64,000 nt of DNA from an uncultured Caldisericota bacterium (GCA_964427915.1 CAYRWA010000030.1:1592-65591); one strand, 5' to 3'. Shown: positions 41,864 through 51,799, counted from the first letter of the stretch. The notes: generated by a model not told the origin, from the letters alone. Program-made: numbers and translations.

Positions 41864-43236
41864 TGAAACATTCGCCGGATACAGAGGATTTTTATAAGAG
41901 TATCCGTAATCGTGTTTTTGAAGAGATTACTCCAGCAGAAATCTTAAGAGAAAAACAAGAGAATCCAGATCAAGTCAAACTAAAGATAAGAAATATTTGC
42001 TTGCAAACAATACAGGCATCCAAACGAGTTCTCCCCATAGAATATCAAGAGCAAATTATTCATCGCCTTTTGAATGAAATATTTGGGTTTGGGATGATTC
42101 AGCCTCTTTTAGAAGACCCTTCTATTTCAGAAATCATGATCAATGCACCCGACTCAGTCTTTATTGAACGAGAGGGAAAACTAATTAAATCGGATGTTCA
42201 ATTTGAATCTCCTACCCAAATAATACAAATAATTGATCGCATTGTGAGCCCATTAGGGAGAAGAATCGATGAGTCTAGTCCTTTAGTAGATGCTAGATTG
42301 CCCGATGGGAGTCGAGTGAATGCAGTGATTCCTCCCATTGCTGTAAAGAGTCCAACATTAACAATTCGAAAATTTAAAGATACCATTTTAGATTACGAGA
42401 GTCTGATTAATTATGGCTCCATGACGAAAGAAATGGCCAACTTTATTCATGCTATCGTTCGGGCTAGAGCCAATATCATAATATCTGGAGGCACAGGATC
42501 TGGAAAAACAACCCTGTTAAACGTTTGTTCAAGCTCTATCCCTTCCACAGAGAGAATTATTACCGTAGAAGATTCAGTTGAATTGAAGCTGAAACAACCC
42601 CATGTTATATCTTTAGAAGCTAGGCCTCCTAACATTGAAGGACAAGGACAGGTTACCATTCGCGACCTTGTAATCAATTGTTTACGTATGAGACCAGACC
42701 GAATCCTTGTTGGAGAAGTTCGTGGGAAAGAAGCTTTCGATATGTTACAGGCCATGAATACAGGTCATGATGGATCTCTGACAACCGTTCATGCCAATAC
42801 ACCCAAAGATGTCATTTCTCGTCTTACTTCCATGGTTTACATGACAGGCTTAGAAATGCCTGTACACATTTTGCAGGAAATGATATTCAGTGCTATCGAA
42901 TGTGTGATTCAAACAGCTCGTTTTTCAGACGGGTCAAGACGAATTACCACAATATCTGAGCTCGCTGAGTTTAAGGATAAAGAAATAGTGCTAAACCATA
43001 TATATCATTTTGTTGTAGATCGCCGAGATGAAAAAGGAAAAGTAGTGGGTCATTATGAATACAAGCCTTATTCGGATCGTATTAAATCAAAATTAGAAGT
43101 TTTGCGTTATGAAAAGGAGCAGCCGTTAGACAGTTTAGAATCTCAGAAGAGTTCTGAATCTCAAGATGTCAGCAAGGCAAACAACGAGAAGCTTCAAGAC
43201 GTGATGAAAAAACTAGGTAAGCCGTATGAAAAATAG
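41860..43236 (+). CDS. cpaF: TadA/CpaF pilus assembly ATPase
   Basis: DARLPDGSRVN, GGTGSGKTT, LRMRPDRILVGEVRG, AMNTGHDGSLTTVHAN. Confidence 0.96.
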   Translation: MMKHSPDTEDFYKSIRNRVFEEITPAEILREKQENPDQVKLKIRNICLQTIQASKRVLPIEYQEQIIHRLLNEIFGFGMIQPLLEDPSISEIMINAPDSVFIEREGKLIKSDVQFESPTQIIQIIDRIVSPLGRRIDESSPLVDARLPDGSRVNAVIPPIAVKSPTLTIRKFKDTILDYESLINYGSMTKEMANFIHAIVRARANIIISGGTGSGKTTLLNVCSSSIPSTERIITVEDSVELKLKQPHVISLEARPPNIEGQGQVTIRDLVINCLRMRPDRILVGEVRGKEAFDMLQAMNTGHDGSLTTVHANTPKDVISRLTSMVYMTGLEMPVHILQEMIFSAIECVIQTARFSDGSRRITTISELAEFKDKEIVLNHIYHFVVDRRDEKGKVVGHYEYKPYSDRIKSKLEVLRYEKEQPLDSLESQKSSESQDVSKANNEKLQDVMKKLGKPYEK

Positions 43237-44056
43237 TGATGGAAATTTTCAAGATGATCTTTTTGCTCCATTTTATCAAAAAAGAAAATCAAGAAAGAAT
43301 GCTAAGGAGTATTCTGAACATAAAGTAAAAGAAGGTTCGATACAGGACGTTTTACAGCTATCCTTCAACACGTTTACTATTGGATTGCTCCTTTTTAGTA
43401 TCGCAGTAGGGGTTTTCTTTATCTTCTTTTTCATGTTTGATCTTAACATTGTCATGGGTATTGTATTTATGTGCCTTGGCATTGTCGGTTTCCAAATCTT
43501 CTTGCAAATGAAAAAAGGAGAAAAAGAAAACAAGTTTGTCAATCAATTACCTGATACGCTGTCCGCTGTAGCAAATTCCCTGAAAGCAGGGTTTTCTTTG
43601 GATCAGGCATTTGAGTTTGTTTCCATGTCAATGCCCGAACCATCCAAAAGTGAGTTTTCAAAGATTCATATCAACTATCGAGTTGGGTTTACTCTCAAAG
43701 ATTCATTAGAAAGTTTGATCCATAAATATCCCAATGCTGAAGTGAAGCTTTTTGTTTCTTCGCTGGTACTCCAAGCTCAAGTAGGTGGCAATGTAATTCC
43801 TTTTTTGGAAGAACTGAAGCAGATCTTGAAAGAGCGTGTAAAGCTTCGCAGAAGCATCGCTGTAGGAACAGCTCAGACGAAATTATCCTCTGCAATCGTG
43901 GCTCTGCTACCCTATGTTATGTTAATGATATTGGTTTCGTCAGGCTATGCAGCATTAACAAATACATTAAAAGGTATTTTACTTTTAATATTAGCTGTCC
44001 TTATGCAAGTGATCGGTATTCACATTAATTCTCAATTAACTAAGATTGACTTATGA
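43226..44056 (+). CDS. tadB: TadB inner membrane platform protein
   Basis: FVNQLPDTL...SLKAGFSL.QA, QVGGN, TM helices. Confidence 0.9.
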   Translation: MKNSDGNFQDDLFAPFYQKRKSRKNAKEYSEHKVKEGSIQDVLQLSFNTFTIGLLLFSIAVGVFFIFFFMFDLNIVMGIVFMCLGIVGFQIFLQMKKGEKENKFVNQLPDTLSAVANSLKAGFSLDQAFEFVSMSMPEPSKSEFSKIHINYRVGFTLKDSLESLIHKYPNAEVKLFVSSLVLQAQVGGNVIPFLEELKQILKERVKLRRSIAVGTAQTKLSSAIVALLPYVMLMILVSSGYAALTNTLKGILLLILAVLMQVIGIHINSQLTKIDL

Positions 44057-45852
44057 CATCAACTCTAGAAACCTCTCTACTCACCTTAATTTTTGTTAGT
44101 ACAATAGGATACCTAATTATCCGGCTTTGGTTTTCGTGGAAAGAGAGGAAGAAAAGATCCACAGATTCACTGTTCGGGATTGAAGAAGGCAAAAAGAAAA
44201 AAAACAAATCTCCCAATTTTATTGTAGAGACACTTTACAACCTATCCAAAGCCTTTTACCGAATACTTCCCATGATGCGAGGCCTTGCCACGAAAAGAAG
44301 CCCTGAATCTAAAATGCAGCTAGATGACAAGCTAGAAAAAGCTGGTAGGCCATTTAATATGGATGCTGATGAGCACAATAAGTTGAAAGTTTTTTGTGCA
44401 TTCCTTTTCTTTTTCCTTCTTATGATTGTTGCCCTAGGCAATGAAGACACAAGTTTCTTTTACTATGCCATTGCTTTTGGTTTCATAGGGTTTGTGTACC
44501 CCGATTTTTTTATTTCCTCTCTGCTACAAGGAAGAGCAAAAAAGATATCTCTTGAACTTCCGGATGCTATGGATTTCATTGCTCTTTGTTTAGCAGCCGG
44601 CATGAATTTTCAGCTTGCTGTAGAAGAGTATGTCAAGAGAAACAACACCATACTGGCCGATGAATTTGATGTTTTTATAAACGATGTGCAGGTGGGGTTT
44701 AACCGTATTGATTCATTTGAACATCTTTTGGCTAGAAATGAATCTCCTGAATTTCGCAGCTTTTTAAGCTCCGTGATTCAAGGGGAACAATTAGGAACTC
44801 CGCTCAGGCCTGTCATTATGAACCAAGCTGAAGAACTCCGAGCCAAAAGGCGATCTCATGTAGAAAAAGAGATTGCAACTGCCCCTACCAAGATGCTTTT
44901 CCCTCTCATCATGTTTATATTACCAGCCATGCTTATGATCATTCTAGGATCTGTATTGTTACCAGCGCAAGCTGAAAAAAACACAAACATGACACTTACC
45001 TTCCAAAATTTCGTGTATTATCGAGTTACTCCCGGAGTCAAAGTTTTTGTGAATGGAAATGAAGTCCCGGTATATGCCGTGCAGACAGTAAAAGAGCCTT
45101 TCACTGGAGAAATACAATTGCAATACACACAAGGCGCTATTGAGAGTCCAGAACAGTTAGACTACATTCACAATTATTTGGAAAACAACAAAATACAACA
45201 AGCATGGTTTGCTCGATTCGACATCCCCGAAGGAGAACTTGTAGAGTACTACATCTCGGTGGTTGCGCACAATGGCCAACGAGCTAGCGATTTCATTGCT
45301 ATGAAATATATTAATTTCTCTTTACCAGATTTTGATGAAAAAGGCGTGTACAGCACCCCAGAAAAAACTGCTTCAATCCATGGGTTTCTTACTCCAGGGG
45401 TTAGCGTAAAAGCGATGATGCAAACAAAGGAGCTACCTGTTTCTCTGGATCCCCAAACGGGAGAGTTTTCTTTGTCTGATTTGGCTTTACTTTCAAAGAA
45501 AAACCATATAGTGTTTACTTTGACCGATGATATGGGGTTGTCAAAAACGATTGATAGAACCATTCACTACACAGGTATTTATGTGAATGTTTCTTTTGCT
45601 AAGTCCACTACCGTTGATCAATATGGTGTATTGACAGGAACAGCTACCCCCAACACTTTGATTCAAGTGTACTCAATTCACAACAAAAAACTGCAACTAG
45701 AAACTTCCATTGCTGTTGACGAAACTGGTCAAGTGAAAAAAATGATTCCCATAGAACCAGGAGTCAATCAATTTCAAGTTTTTGCTGAAGACAAAGATGG
45801 CAAAAAGAGTCCAAAAATCCAATTGATTATAACAAGGAGTCTTACAGGATGA
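44053..45852 (+). CDS. tadC: TadC with a C-terminal Ig-like extension of about 290 aa
   Basis: ELPDAMDFIALCLAAG.NF, Q.EQLGTPL, KMLFPLIMFILPA, followed by a beta-rich soluble extension. Confidence 0.87.
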   Translation: MTSTLETSLLTLIFVSTIGYLIIRLWFSWKERKKRSTDSLFGIEEGKKKKNKSPNFIVETLYNLSKAFYRILPMMRGLATKRSPESKMQLDDKLEKAGRPFNMDADEHNKLKVFCAFLFFFLLMIVALGNEDTSFFYYAIAFGFIGFVYPDFFISSLLQGRAKKISLELPDAMDFIALCLAAGMNFQLAVEEYVKRNNTILADEFDVFINDVQVGFNRIDSFEHLLARNESPEFRSFLSSVIQGEQLGTPLRPVIMNQAEELRAKRRSHVEKEIATAPTKMLFPLIMFILPAMLMIILGSVLLPAQAEKNTNMTLTFQNFVYYRVTPGVKVFVNGNEVPVYAVQTVKEPFTGEIQLQYTQGAIESPEQLDYIHNYLENNKIQQAWFARFDIPEGELVEYYISVVAHNGQRASDFIAMKYINFSLPDFDEKGVYSTPEKTASIHGFLTPGVSVKAMMQTKELPVSLDPQTGEFSLSDLALLSKKNHIVFTLTDDMGLSKTIDRTIHYTGIYVNVSFAKSTTVDQYGVLTGTATPNTLIQVYSIHNKKLQLETSIAVDETGQVKKMIPIEPGVNQFQVFAEDKDGKKSPKIQLIITRSLTG

Positions 45853-46403
45853 TGTATCAATGGTCGTATCACTCAATAATACTCTATCTCGCAACCGTGA
45901 TTATTTGCGGTATCTCAATTGTGACAGATATAAAAACCAGAAAAATTTTGAATGTTGTTACCTACCCAGCCATTGTGTTTGGGTTTCTAGCTGGGCCAAC
46001 CCTTGTGATATTATATGGGGGCAGTTTTTGGGAAGGGTTGACACATTCTTTATGGGGATTTTTACTTGGTTTCGGTTTTTTCTTTGTTTTTTATCTGATT
46101 GGAAAAGGGAAAAATATGGGAGCAGGAGATGTTAAGTTAATGGGTGCGATCGGGGCCTTATTGGGCTGGAAAATGACTGTTAATGCCATTATTATTACAG
46201 CTCTTGTAGGACTATTAGTAGCAGTCCTATTGTTTTTCCCACTATTCTATGCATTGATCAAAACAGGAAACGCTTCAACCTTGAAAGGATATGGTAAAAT
46301 GACCATGCCCTATGGTGTATCTATAGCCATAGGAACTGTTTTAGCTGTTTTGCTTCGAATATTGTATGTAACGCAAATTCTTGAGGCTCCGATTTTTCTA
46401 TGA
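45849..46403 (+). CDS. A24 prepilin peptidase (TadV/CpaA)
   Basis: TDIKTRKI.N and GAGDVKL catalytic aspartates; MPYGVSIA.G. Confidence 0.92.
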   Translation: MMYQWSYHSIILYLATVIICGISIVTDIKTRKILNVVTYPAIVFGFLAGPTLVILYGGSFWEGLTHSLWGFLLGFGFFFVFYLIGKGKNMGAGDVKLMGAIGALLGWKMTVNAIIITALVGLLVAVLLFFPLFYALIKTGNASTLKGYGKMTMPYGVSIAIGTVLAVLLRILYVTQILEAPIFL

Positions 46404-46816
46404 AGCTTTGTAGTCGTACTAGGGAAAAAGGTACTACCACTATTGAATTTGCACTTTTGTTCCCTTTAGCGATGATCATTACATTTTTTGCCACGGTTAT
46501 TCTTTTTCGATATGTTGATGCACTCATGATGACCTATCAAGCAAATCGAGTTGCACGAGTTCAATCCATGACGGAAAGTATCCCGCCTTCAATTCAACAA
46601 GAAATGCAGACTCTTCCTCTCTTAAACCAGTTTCAAGATCGCTCAATCCAAATTGTTCTGCACCAAGATGGCAGGGTTGAATCTGAAATACAAGTTCAAC
46701 AAGGATTGATACCAGAATATTTGATCACTTTATCTCTTTCAGAGACTGCACGAAACTCAACGGATCATTATAAAAGCATCACAGAAAGGGCCATTTTTAT
46801 CTATGGTTTTGAATAA
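46400..46816 (+). CDS. TadE-like pseudopilin
   Basis: EKG|TTTIEFALLFP followed by a hydrophobic helix. Confidence 0.8.
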   Translation: MKLCSRTREKGTTTIEFALLFPLAMIITFFATVILFRYVDALMMTYQANRVARVQSMTESIPPSIQQEMQTLPLLNQFQDRSIQIVLHQDGRVESEIQVQQGLIPEYLITLSLSETARNSTDHYKSITERAIFIYGFE

Positions 46817-47252
46817 CAACATCTGCAAACAAGGCTTTCAGACCGACGAATCTGGGCAGTCCATTATTGAAACTGCTTTTTTGATCACGGTAGTTTTGTT
46901 AGTAGTGATGGCCTTTATTTCTTTGGGGGCTTCCTATTATTACAGAACCAACATGCATTATATGACGTCCAATATTGCGCGCGTTTTATCGTTTTCAGAC
47001 ATCGAAAATGATGCTTCTCAAACACAACAATCCATCAATGATATTTTGGATTTTTATGAAAATGATATACTGTTCCCCATATATACCAGTGATCCAGATC
47101 GATTTACAATATCATGGGAAGAAAAAACTCTTGATTTAGTGTATACAGTGTATTTTATTGAAACACAGTACGAGAGTTTATCGATTCCATTTTTTCCTCC
47201 TACGGACATCATTGTTAGAACCTTTACTATAAAAACTGAAACAACATCATGA
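46803..47252 (+). CDS. TadE/TadF-like pseudopilin
   Basis: ESG|QSIIETAFLI followed by a hydrophobic helix. Confidence 0.8.
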   Translation: MVLNNNICKQGFQTDESGQSIIETAFLITVVLLVVMAFISLGASYYYRTNMHYMTSNIARVLSFSDIENDASQTQQSINDILDFYENDILFPIYTSDPDRFTISWEEKTLDLVYTVYFIETQYESLSIPFFPPTDIIVRTFTIKTETTS

Positions 47253-47740
47253 AAAACGAATATTGGATAATCCAAACAGAAGATGGATTGGTAATATCTT
47301 CCAAAGCAATAGTAGCAAGGAGTATCTTTCAAAAAGTCAAAGGACTTTTGGGCAAAAAGGAAATGCACCCACAAGAAGCCATGATATTTTATCAGGCTTC
47401 TTCAATCCACACGTTTGGTATGAAATTCCCTATTGATGTCGTTTTTGTGAAAAAAACAGGAGAGATCCGTCGGGTATGTGGTTGCGTGAAGCCAAAGAAA
47501 ATGCTCTTTTGCTCTTCCTATGCCACCATTGAGTTACCGGAGAATAGGGCAAAGGTTTGTCATTTGGAAAAAGGAAGATTCATTTCCTGGTTTCGAGACG
47601 AAGAATCTGGCCAAGTTTTGGTTGAATATGCATTAATTGTTGCGCTATTGGTCTTGGGCATTATTGTCGCTTTTATTCCTTTAATGGAGCAGGTGCAAGA
47701 CTTTTTGCACGAAATTACCGGGTACCTTATCGATCTTTAA
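47249..47740 (+). CDS. DUF192 domain fused to a C-terminal Flp pilin
   Basis: ARSIFQKVKGLLG...SIHTFGMKFPIDVVF...TIELP (DUF192), then in frame FRDEESG|QVLVEYALIVALL (Flp motif). Confidence 0.8.
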   Translation: MKNEYWIIQTEDGLVISSKAIVARSIFQKVKGLLGKKEMHPQEAMIFYQASSIHTFGMKFPIDVVFVKKTGEIRRVCGCVKPKKMLFCSSYATIELPENRAKVCHLEKGRFISWFRDEESGQVLVEYALIVALLVLGIIVAFIPLMEQVQDFLHEITGYLIDL

Positions 47741-48804
47741 GAAATATATTTTTTCTGAACATATTCAGAGCTCATCGAATACAAGAGTGCAGAATAATGC
47801 AATCCAAAAGAAACTCGATCTCCAACTTGCAAACATCGATCGGTTTCTTCAACGTCTACAATAAGATGGTCTGAAGAAGCTCCTAATATTTCTAAACCTG
47901 GATCGAGTGGTTCAATTTCTGTGACATCAGTATCGAGGCGACCTATGTTCACAATGGCTCTTTTGCGCAAACCCTTGTCTTCAAATACAGGTGTTTCCCC
48001 AAAGGCATTTTTTGTTAAGGGCTGCAATGGGATAGATGGTTTGGTTTTCAGTTCAATAATCTCACCGGTCAAGGTGAAACAATCTTGATAGCAACCCTGG
48101 ACGGGTTTTTTGTCAATGGCATTTACGCCCATCACAATCGATTCTCCTATCCGCAGGTGATTGATATAAGGGGGAAGACGATGGTTTTCCAAAAGTGGGA
48201 TTATATTCGATCCACCACCCGATATGTACATTGGTTTGTGCCCAAAAACAGAAGTAAATGTAGAGGCTGCTTTTTCCAAAATAGAAAGATTATCAGGCGT
48301 TGGAATCAATCCAGCAAAACATGTTGCGTTGGTGCCTATGCCAATCATTTCCAATCCACGAAATGCAAGGCACTGGGAAAAAAAATCATGCAAATCGTCT
48401 GGCATAATCCCTTCTCGCAAATCTCCCATTTCGACCATACAAATGACTTTGTGGGATTGTTTTGTAGAAAGGCAGTACTCGTTCATTGCAGAAAGGATTT
48501 TTAGTTCACTGTTTAAACTGATGTCACAAACCTCCACAACTTGTGCTACGTTTTGTAGGGACGGTGTCCGAATTAGCATAAACTCAGCCTCTATCGAATT
48601 ATTACGCATACGCATAATATCTTTTAATCTAGAGTCTCCTAAGGATTGAACATGCTCTGTATACATTTTGCATATTACTGGATCTCCCATAATCACCTTA
48701 GTAACAGGGGTTAGTTGTATGTGGTTCTTGTCACACAAATCAGAAATTGCTACTATGTTGTGACGCAACTTTTCAATATGAATACTCAAAATAGGTGTAT
48801 ACAT
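47737..48804 (-). CDS. PLP-dependent ornithine/alanine racemase family (Orr-like)
   Basis: PVTKV (PLP Lys), DSR, SLNSE, MGDLREG, SGGGS, LRIGE, GASSDHL. Confidence 0.88.
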   Translation of the reverse strand: MYTPILSIHIEKLRHNIVAISDLCDKNHIQLTPVTKVIMGDPVICKMYTEHVQSLGDSRLKDIMRMRNNSIEAEFMLIRTPSLQNVAQVVEVCDISLNSELKILSAMNEYCLSTKQSHKVICMVEMGDLREGIMPDDLHDFFSQCLAFRGLEMIGIGTNATCFAGLIPTPDNLSILEKAASTFTSVFGHKPMYISGGGSNIIPLLENHRLPPYINHLRIGESIVMGVNAIDKKPVQGCYQDCFTLTGEIIELKTKPSIPLQPLTKNAFGETPVFEDKGLRKRAIVNIGRLDTDVTEIEPLDPGLEILGASSDHLIVDVEETDRCLQVGDRVSFGLHYSALLYSMSSEYVQKKYIS

Positions 48805-48812
48805 GAAGACTC

Positions 48813-49685
48813 CTAGTCTATAGATTGATGGTAGATTTTACAAAATTCACATCCAAAGAGCAATGTGATCATTGTGTAATACATCCAAAGAAGAATAACG
48901 ATGATAGAAAACATAGAGCCGTAAATGCTACTTGTTTTTGCAAAGTACTGCAAGTACATCTGGAAAGCAAACAAAGCAATAATTTCCATTGTTAATGAAA
49001 CAAGGGCAGCAAAAAAGGCAGCTTTTGTGTGTACGGGTTTTTCAGGTATCCATTTGAAAAAAGCAAAGAAAGTGAACCCTGCGGTTGTTAGATTTAAGAA
49101 GTATAAGAGGATTGTAGATGTTATCTGAGGAAAAGAAATAAAGGTGGAAGTATCGATAAAACGGATAAAAAATAAGAGAACGTTGTAAACAATAAGTGAA
49201 AAAATCAAAAACACAATCAAAAGAATCATCACAGCCATTCCCCTTACCTTACTTTTGGAAAGAAGTTTTTTTGCTTTTCGGACGTTCCAGATACTGTCAA
49301 AAGTTCTTTTTATCCAAGAATAAAAAATAAAGAGCGACCATAACATGACAAAAAATGCCGCAATAGACGAAGAAAGAGATGCTTCGAAAGCTGTGTCAAT
49401 AATAGATTGCAAATTGTTGATTTGGGAAGGAGTAAACTGGTCTAAAACCCGGAAAAAAAGCCTTGTGAATTCTACCGCACTCTGTCCCCTAGGTAACAAG
49501 CTGCTGGCAATGGACAGTACAAGGATCAGCATAGGAATCATATTTAAAAACAACGCCCATGAAAGACCCGCTGCTTTAATAATACAATCATCTCTAAAAA
49601 AATGGTTGAAAGAAGATTGAAAAAGATAGAAAATTTTTTTGAGGAAAAATGGTATTTTTGACATACTGTGGGTTTGTGGGTTCAA
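48813..49685 (-). CDS. YihY/BrkB family membrane protein (start TTG 49685 or ATG 49664)
   Basis: D.CIIKAAGLS, F.SIW, IYGSM.SII.ILLWMY...LLFG.E. Confidence 0.85.
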   Translation of the reverse strand: MNPQTHSMSKIPFFLKKIFYLFQSSFNHFFRDDCIIKAAGLSWALFLNMIPMLILVLSIASSLLPRGQSAVEFTRLFFRVLDQFTPSQINNLQSIIDTAFEASLSSSIAAFFVMLWSLFIFYSWIKRTFDSIWNVRKAKKLLSKSKVRGMAVMILLIVFLIFSLIVYNVLLFFIRFIDTSTFISFPQITSTILLYFLNLTTAGFTFFAFFKWIPEKPVHTKAAFFAALVSLTMEIIALFAFQMYLQYFAKTSSIYGSMFSIIVILLWMYYTMITLLFGCEFCKIYHQSID

Positions 49686-49737
49686 TTCATACTACGTTAT
49701 GCCTATCTGAAAGAAGATAGGCATAACGTAGTATGAA
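49686..49737. repeat. Perfect 23-bp inverted repeat with a 6-nt loop
   Basis: TTCATACTACGTTATGCCTATCT-GAAAGA-AGATAGGCATAACGTAGTATGAA. Confidence 0.95.
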
Positions 49738-49743
49738 CTATAC

Positions 49744-50760
49744 TTAAAGAGTAATTTCTTTTTCAGCAATTGCTTTTACAAGCTGGTAGGTGTTTTGGAC
49801 ATCCATTACATCTACAATTTCACTAGGAGAATGTAGATATCGAGTGGGGATGGAAATGCAGGTTGTATAAACCCCCGATTTGGTTGTTTGGATAACGCCT
49901 CCGTTTGTTCCACCAAAAGGAAGAACTTCAAATTGGGTTGGGATTCGATTTTGGTCAGCAATTGTTTGAATCCATTGGTTGAGACTGTGGTTTGCAATCA
50001 TACTTCTGTCTTGGATTTTGATAGCAGGACCAGCTCCAAGTTTCATAGGGACTCGCTTAAGTCCTTTTGGGGTGTCTTCGAAACCCGTGGCGGTGACGTC
50101 CAGGGCAATACCAAAGTCGGGTTCAATCCCATAAGATGCGGCTTTGCTGCCAACCAAACCGACTTCTTCTTGTGTAGCAAACACAAAGTAAAGGTCGTGA
50201 TGATGGGTCTGTAGCGTTTGAATAAGTTTGACTAAAATAGCACAAGCTACGCGGTCATCCATTGCTTTGGACATATATCGATGCCCCATATCAATGAAAG
50301 GAGAATCATAGGTTGCTGTTTCACCAATTCGGATTTTTGATAGAGCTTCGTTTTTGCTTCGAGCGCCAATATCAACATAGAGAGTATCAAAGGAAACATC
50401 TTTACGATCTGCATTCGTTTTTGATAAAATTTCAGATTCAAAACCCAAGGTTCCTTTTGTTCCAAACTCAAAACATATTCTTTGGAAAGGAAGATTGATG
50501 GGATTATGCCCTCCAATTGGCTCAACGTGAACAAAACCTTGGTCATCAATATAGGTAGCAACAAATCCTATTTCATCTATATGTGCATCAAAAAGAAGTT
50601 TTTTCCCATTTCCTTTTTTATGGGCAATCAGGTTCCCTAGAGAATCTGTTTTTATCTCATCAACATAGGGTTGTATAATGGACTGAATTGCCTTTTGAAT
50701 AGGCTCTTCTCTGCCACTAGGGGCTGAGATTTCAACAAATTGTTTTAGAATGTCTTTCAT
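49744..50760 (-). CDS. M42 (TET-like) aminopeptidase
   Basis: AHIDE, KAMDDR, QEEVG, ALDVT, RYLHS. Confidence 0.93.
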   Translation of the reverse strand: MKDILKQFVEISAPSGREEPIQKAIQSIIQPYVDEIKTDSLGNLIAHKKGNGKKLLFDAHIDEIGFVATYIDDQGFVHVEPIGGHNPINLPFQRICFEFGTKGTLGFESEILSKTNADRKDVSFDTLYVDIGARSKNEALSKIRIGETATYDSPFIDMGHRYMSKAMDDRVACAILVKLIQTLQTHHHDLYFVFATQEEVGLVGSKAASYGIEPDFGIALDVTATGFEDTPKGLKRVPMKLGAGPAIKIQDRSMIANHSLNQWIQTIADQNRIPTQFEVLPFGGTNGGVIQTTKSGVYTTCISIPTRYLHSPSEIVDVMDVQNTYQLVKAIAEKEITL

Positions 50761-50773
50761 TGGAATACCTCCT

Positions 50774-51799
50774 CTACAAAGTAAGAAATGATTGATTTTC
50801 CTGGTATAGTGCCAGGGCTAATTGCAATGTATTCTGATAATCATCTGGGTGCATTATACTTACGGGTGAATGAATATAACGAACGGGCACAGATAAAGAT
50901 CCAACATAGGACCCTTTTTCTCCTTTTCCGATGGTAGTGGCATCGTTGCCACCCGCCACTTTCTCTTTGATTTGGTACGGGATATGGTGTTTTTCGGCAA
51001 CCGACTTAAAGAAATCAAAGATTTTTTTTGAGAAAACGAAACCATTGTGGGCAATACTAATGGCAGGACCTTTGCCTAGTTGAGTAGTATAGCGGTTTCT
51101 TTCAACAAGGGGGTTGTCGCAGGCAGTGGTTCCCTCTAGAACAACTGCAAAATCGGGCTTAATCTGGTATGTAGCTGTTGCACTACCCCGGAGACCTACC
51201 TCTTCTTGTGTAGCAAAGACAAACCATGTGTCATATGCAGGTGTAATATCCCGTTTTAACATATCGATCATGATGGAGCAACCCACTCTGTCATCAAAAG
51301 CTTTTGCTTTCAACAACTGTCCATATTCTTCATACTGCGTAGTAAAAACAATAGGATCTCCACATTCAATGCTACCCTGCAGATCTTTATCTGAAGAAGC
51401 TCCTACATCAATGTACAAAGAATCCATTTTAATAGGATCCATAATGCCATTCTTTTGAAGATGGATAGGCATGATCCCAACAACCCCCTGTAGAGTTTTC
51501 TTGCCCACAATCTTTACTTGCGTTGCGGGTAAAATGGAAGGCAGAATACCTCCGACAGATGCAAATTTTATGATCCCGTTGGATTCAATTTTCTCTACCA
51601 TCAAACCAACTTCATCCATGTGTGCTAAATACATGATATGTTTCGAGCAATTGTGACCTTGTTTTTTTACCATTAAATTGCCCAAGCAATCCACTTTGAT
51701 TTCATCTGCAAAATCAGAGATTTCATTGCGGATGAAAGAACGGACTTCATTTTCATATCCACTAATACCAGGTAAGTTGCACAATTCTTTTAAGACCAT
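50774..51799 (-). CDS. M42 (TET-like) aminopeptidase
   Basis: AHMDE, KAFDDR, QEEVG, VLEGT, RYIHS. Confidence 0.93.
   Translation of the reverse strand: MVLKELCNLPGISGYENEVRSFIRNEISDFADEIKVDCLGNLMVKKQGHNCSKHIMYLAHMDEVGLMVEKIESNGIIKFASVGGILPSILPATQVKIVGKKTLQGVVGIMPIHLQKNGIMDPIKMDSLYIDVGASSDKDLQGSIECGDPIVFTTQYEEYGQLLKAKAFDDRVGCSIMIDMLKRDITPAYDTWFVFATQEEVGLRGSATATYQIKPDFAVVLEGTTACDNPLVERNRYTTQLGKGPAISIAHNGFVFSKKIFDFFKSVAEKHHIPYQIKEKVAGGNDATTIGKGEKGSYVGSLSVPVRYIHSPVSIMHPDDYQNTLQLALALYQENQSFLTL

Noticed and set aside
37293-47740. Tad region as a tRNA-integrated genomic island
   Set aside because: No integrase, no duplicated tRNA 3' end, and no obvious compositional shift.
47737-48804. Racemase as part of the Tad system
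   Set aside because: It is on the opposite strand and ends a separate convergent gene run; only a 4-nt overlap links them.
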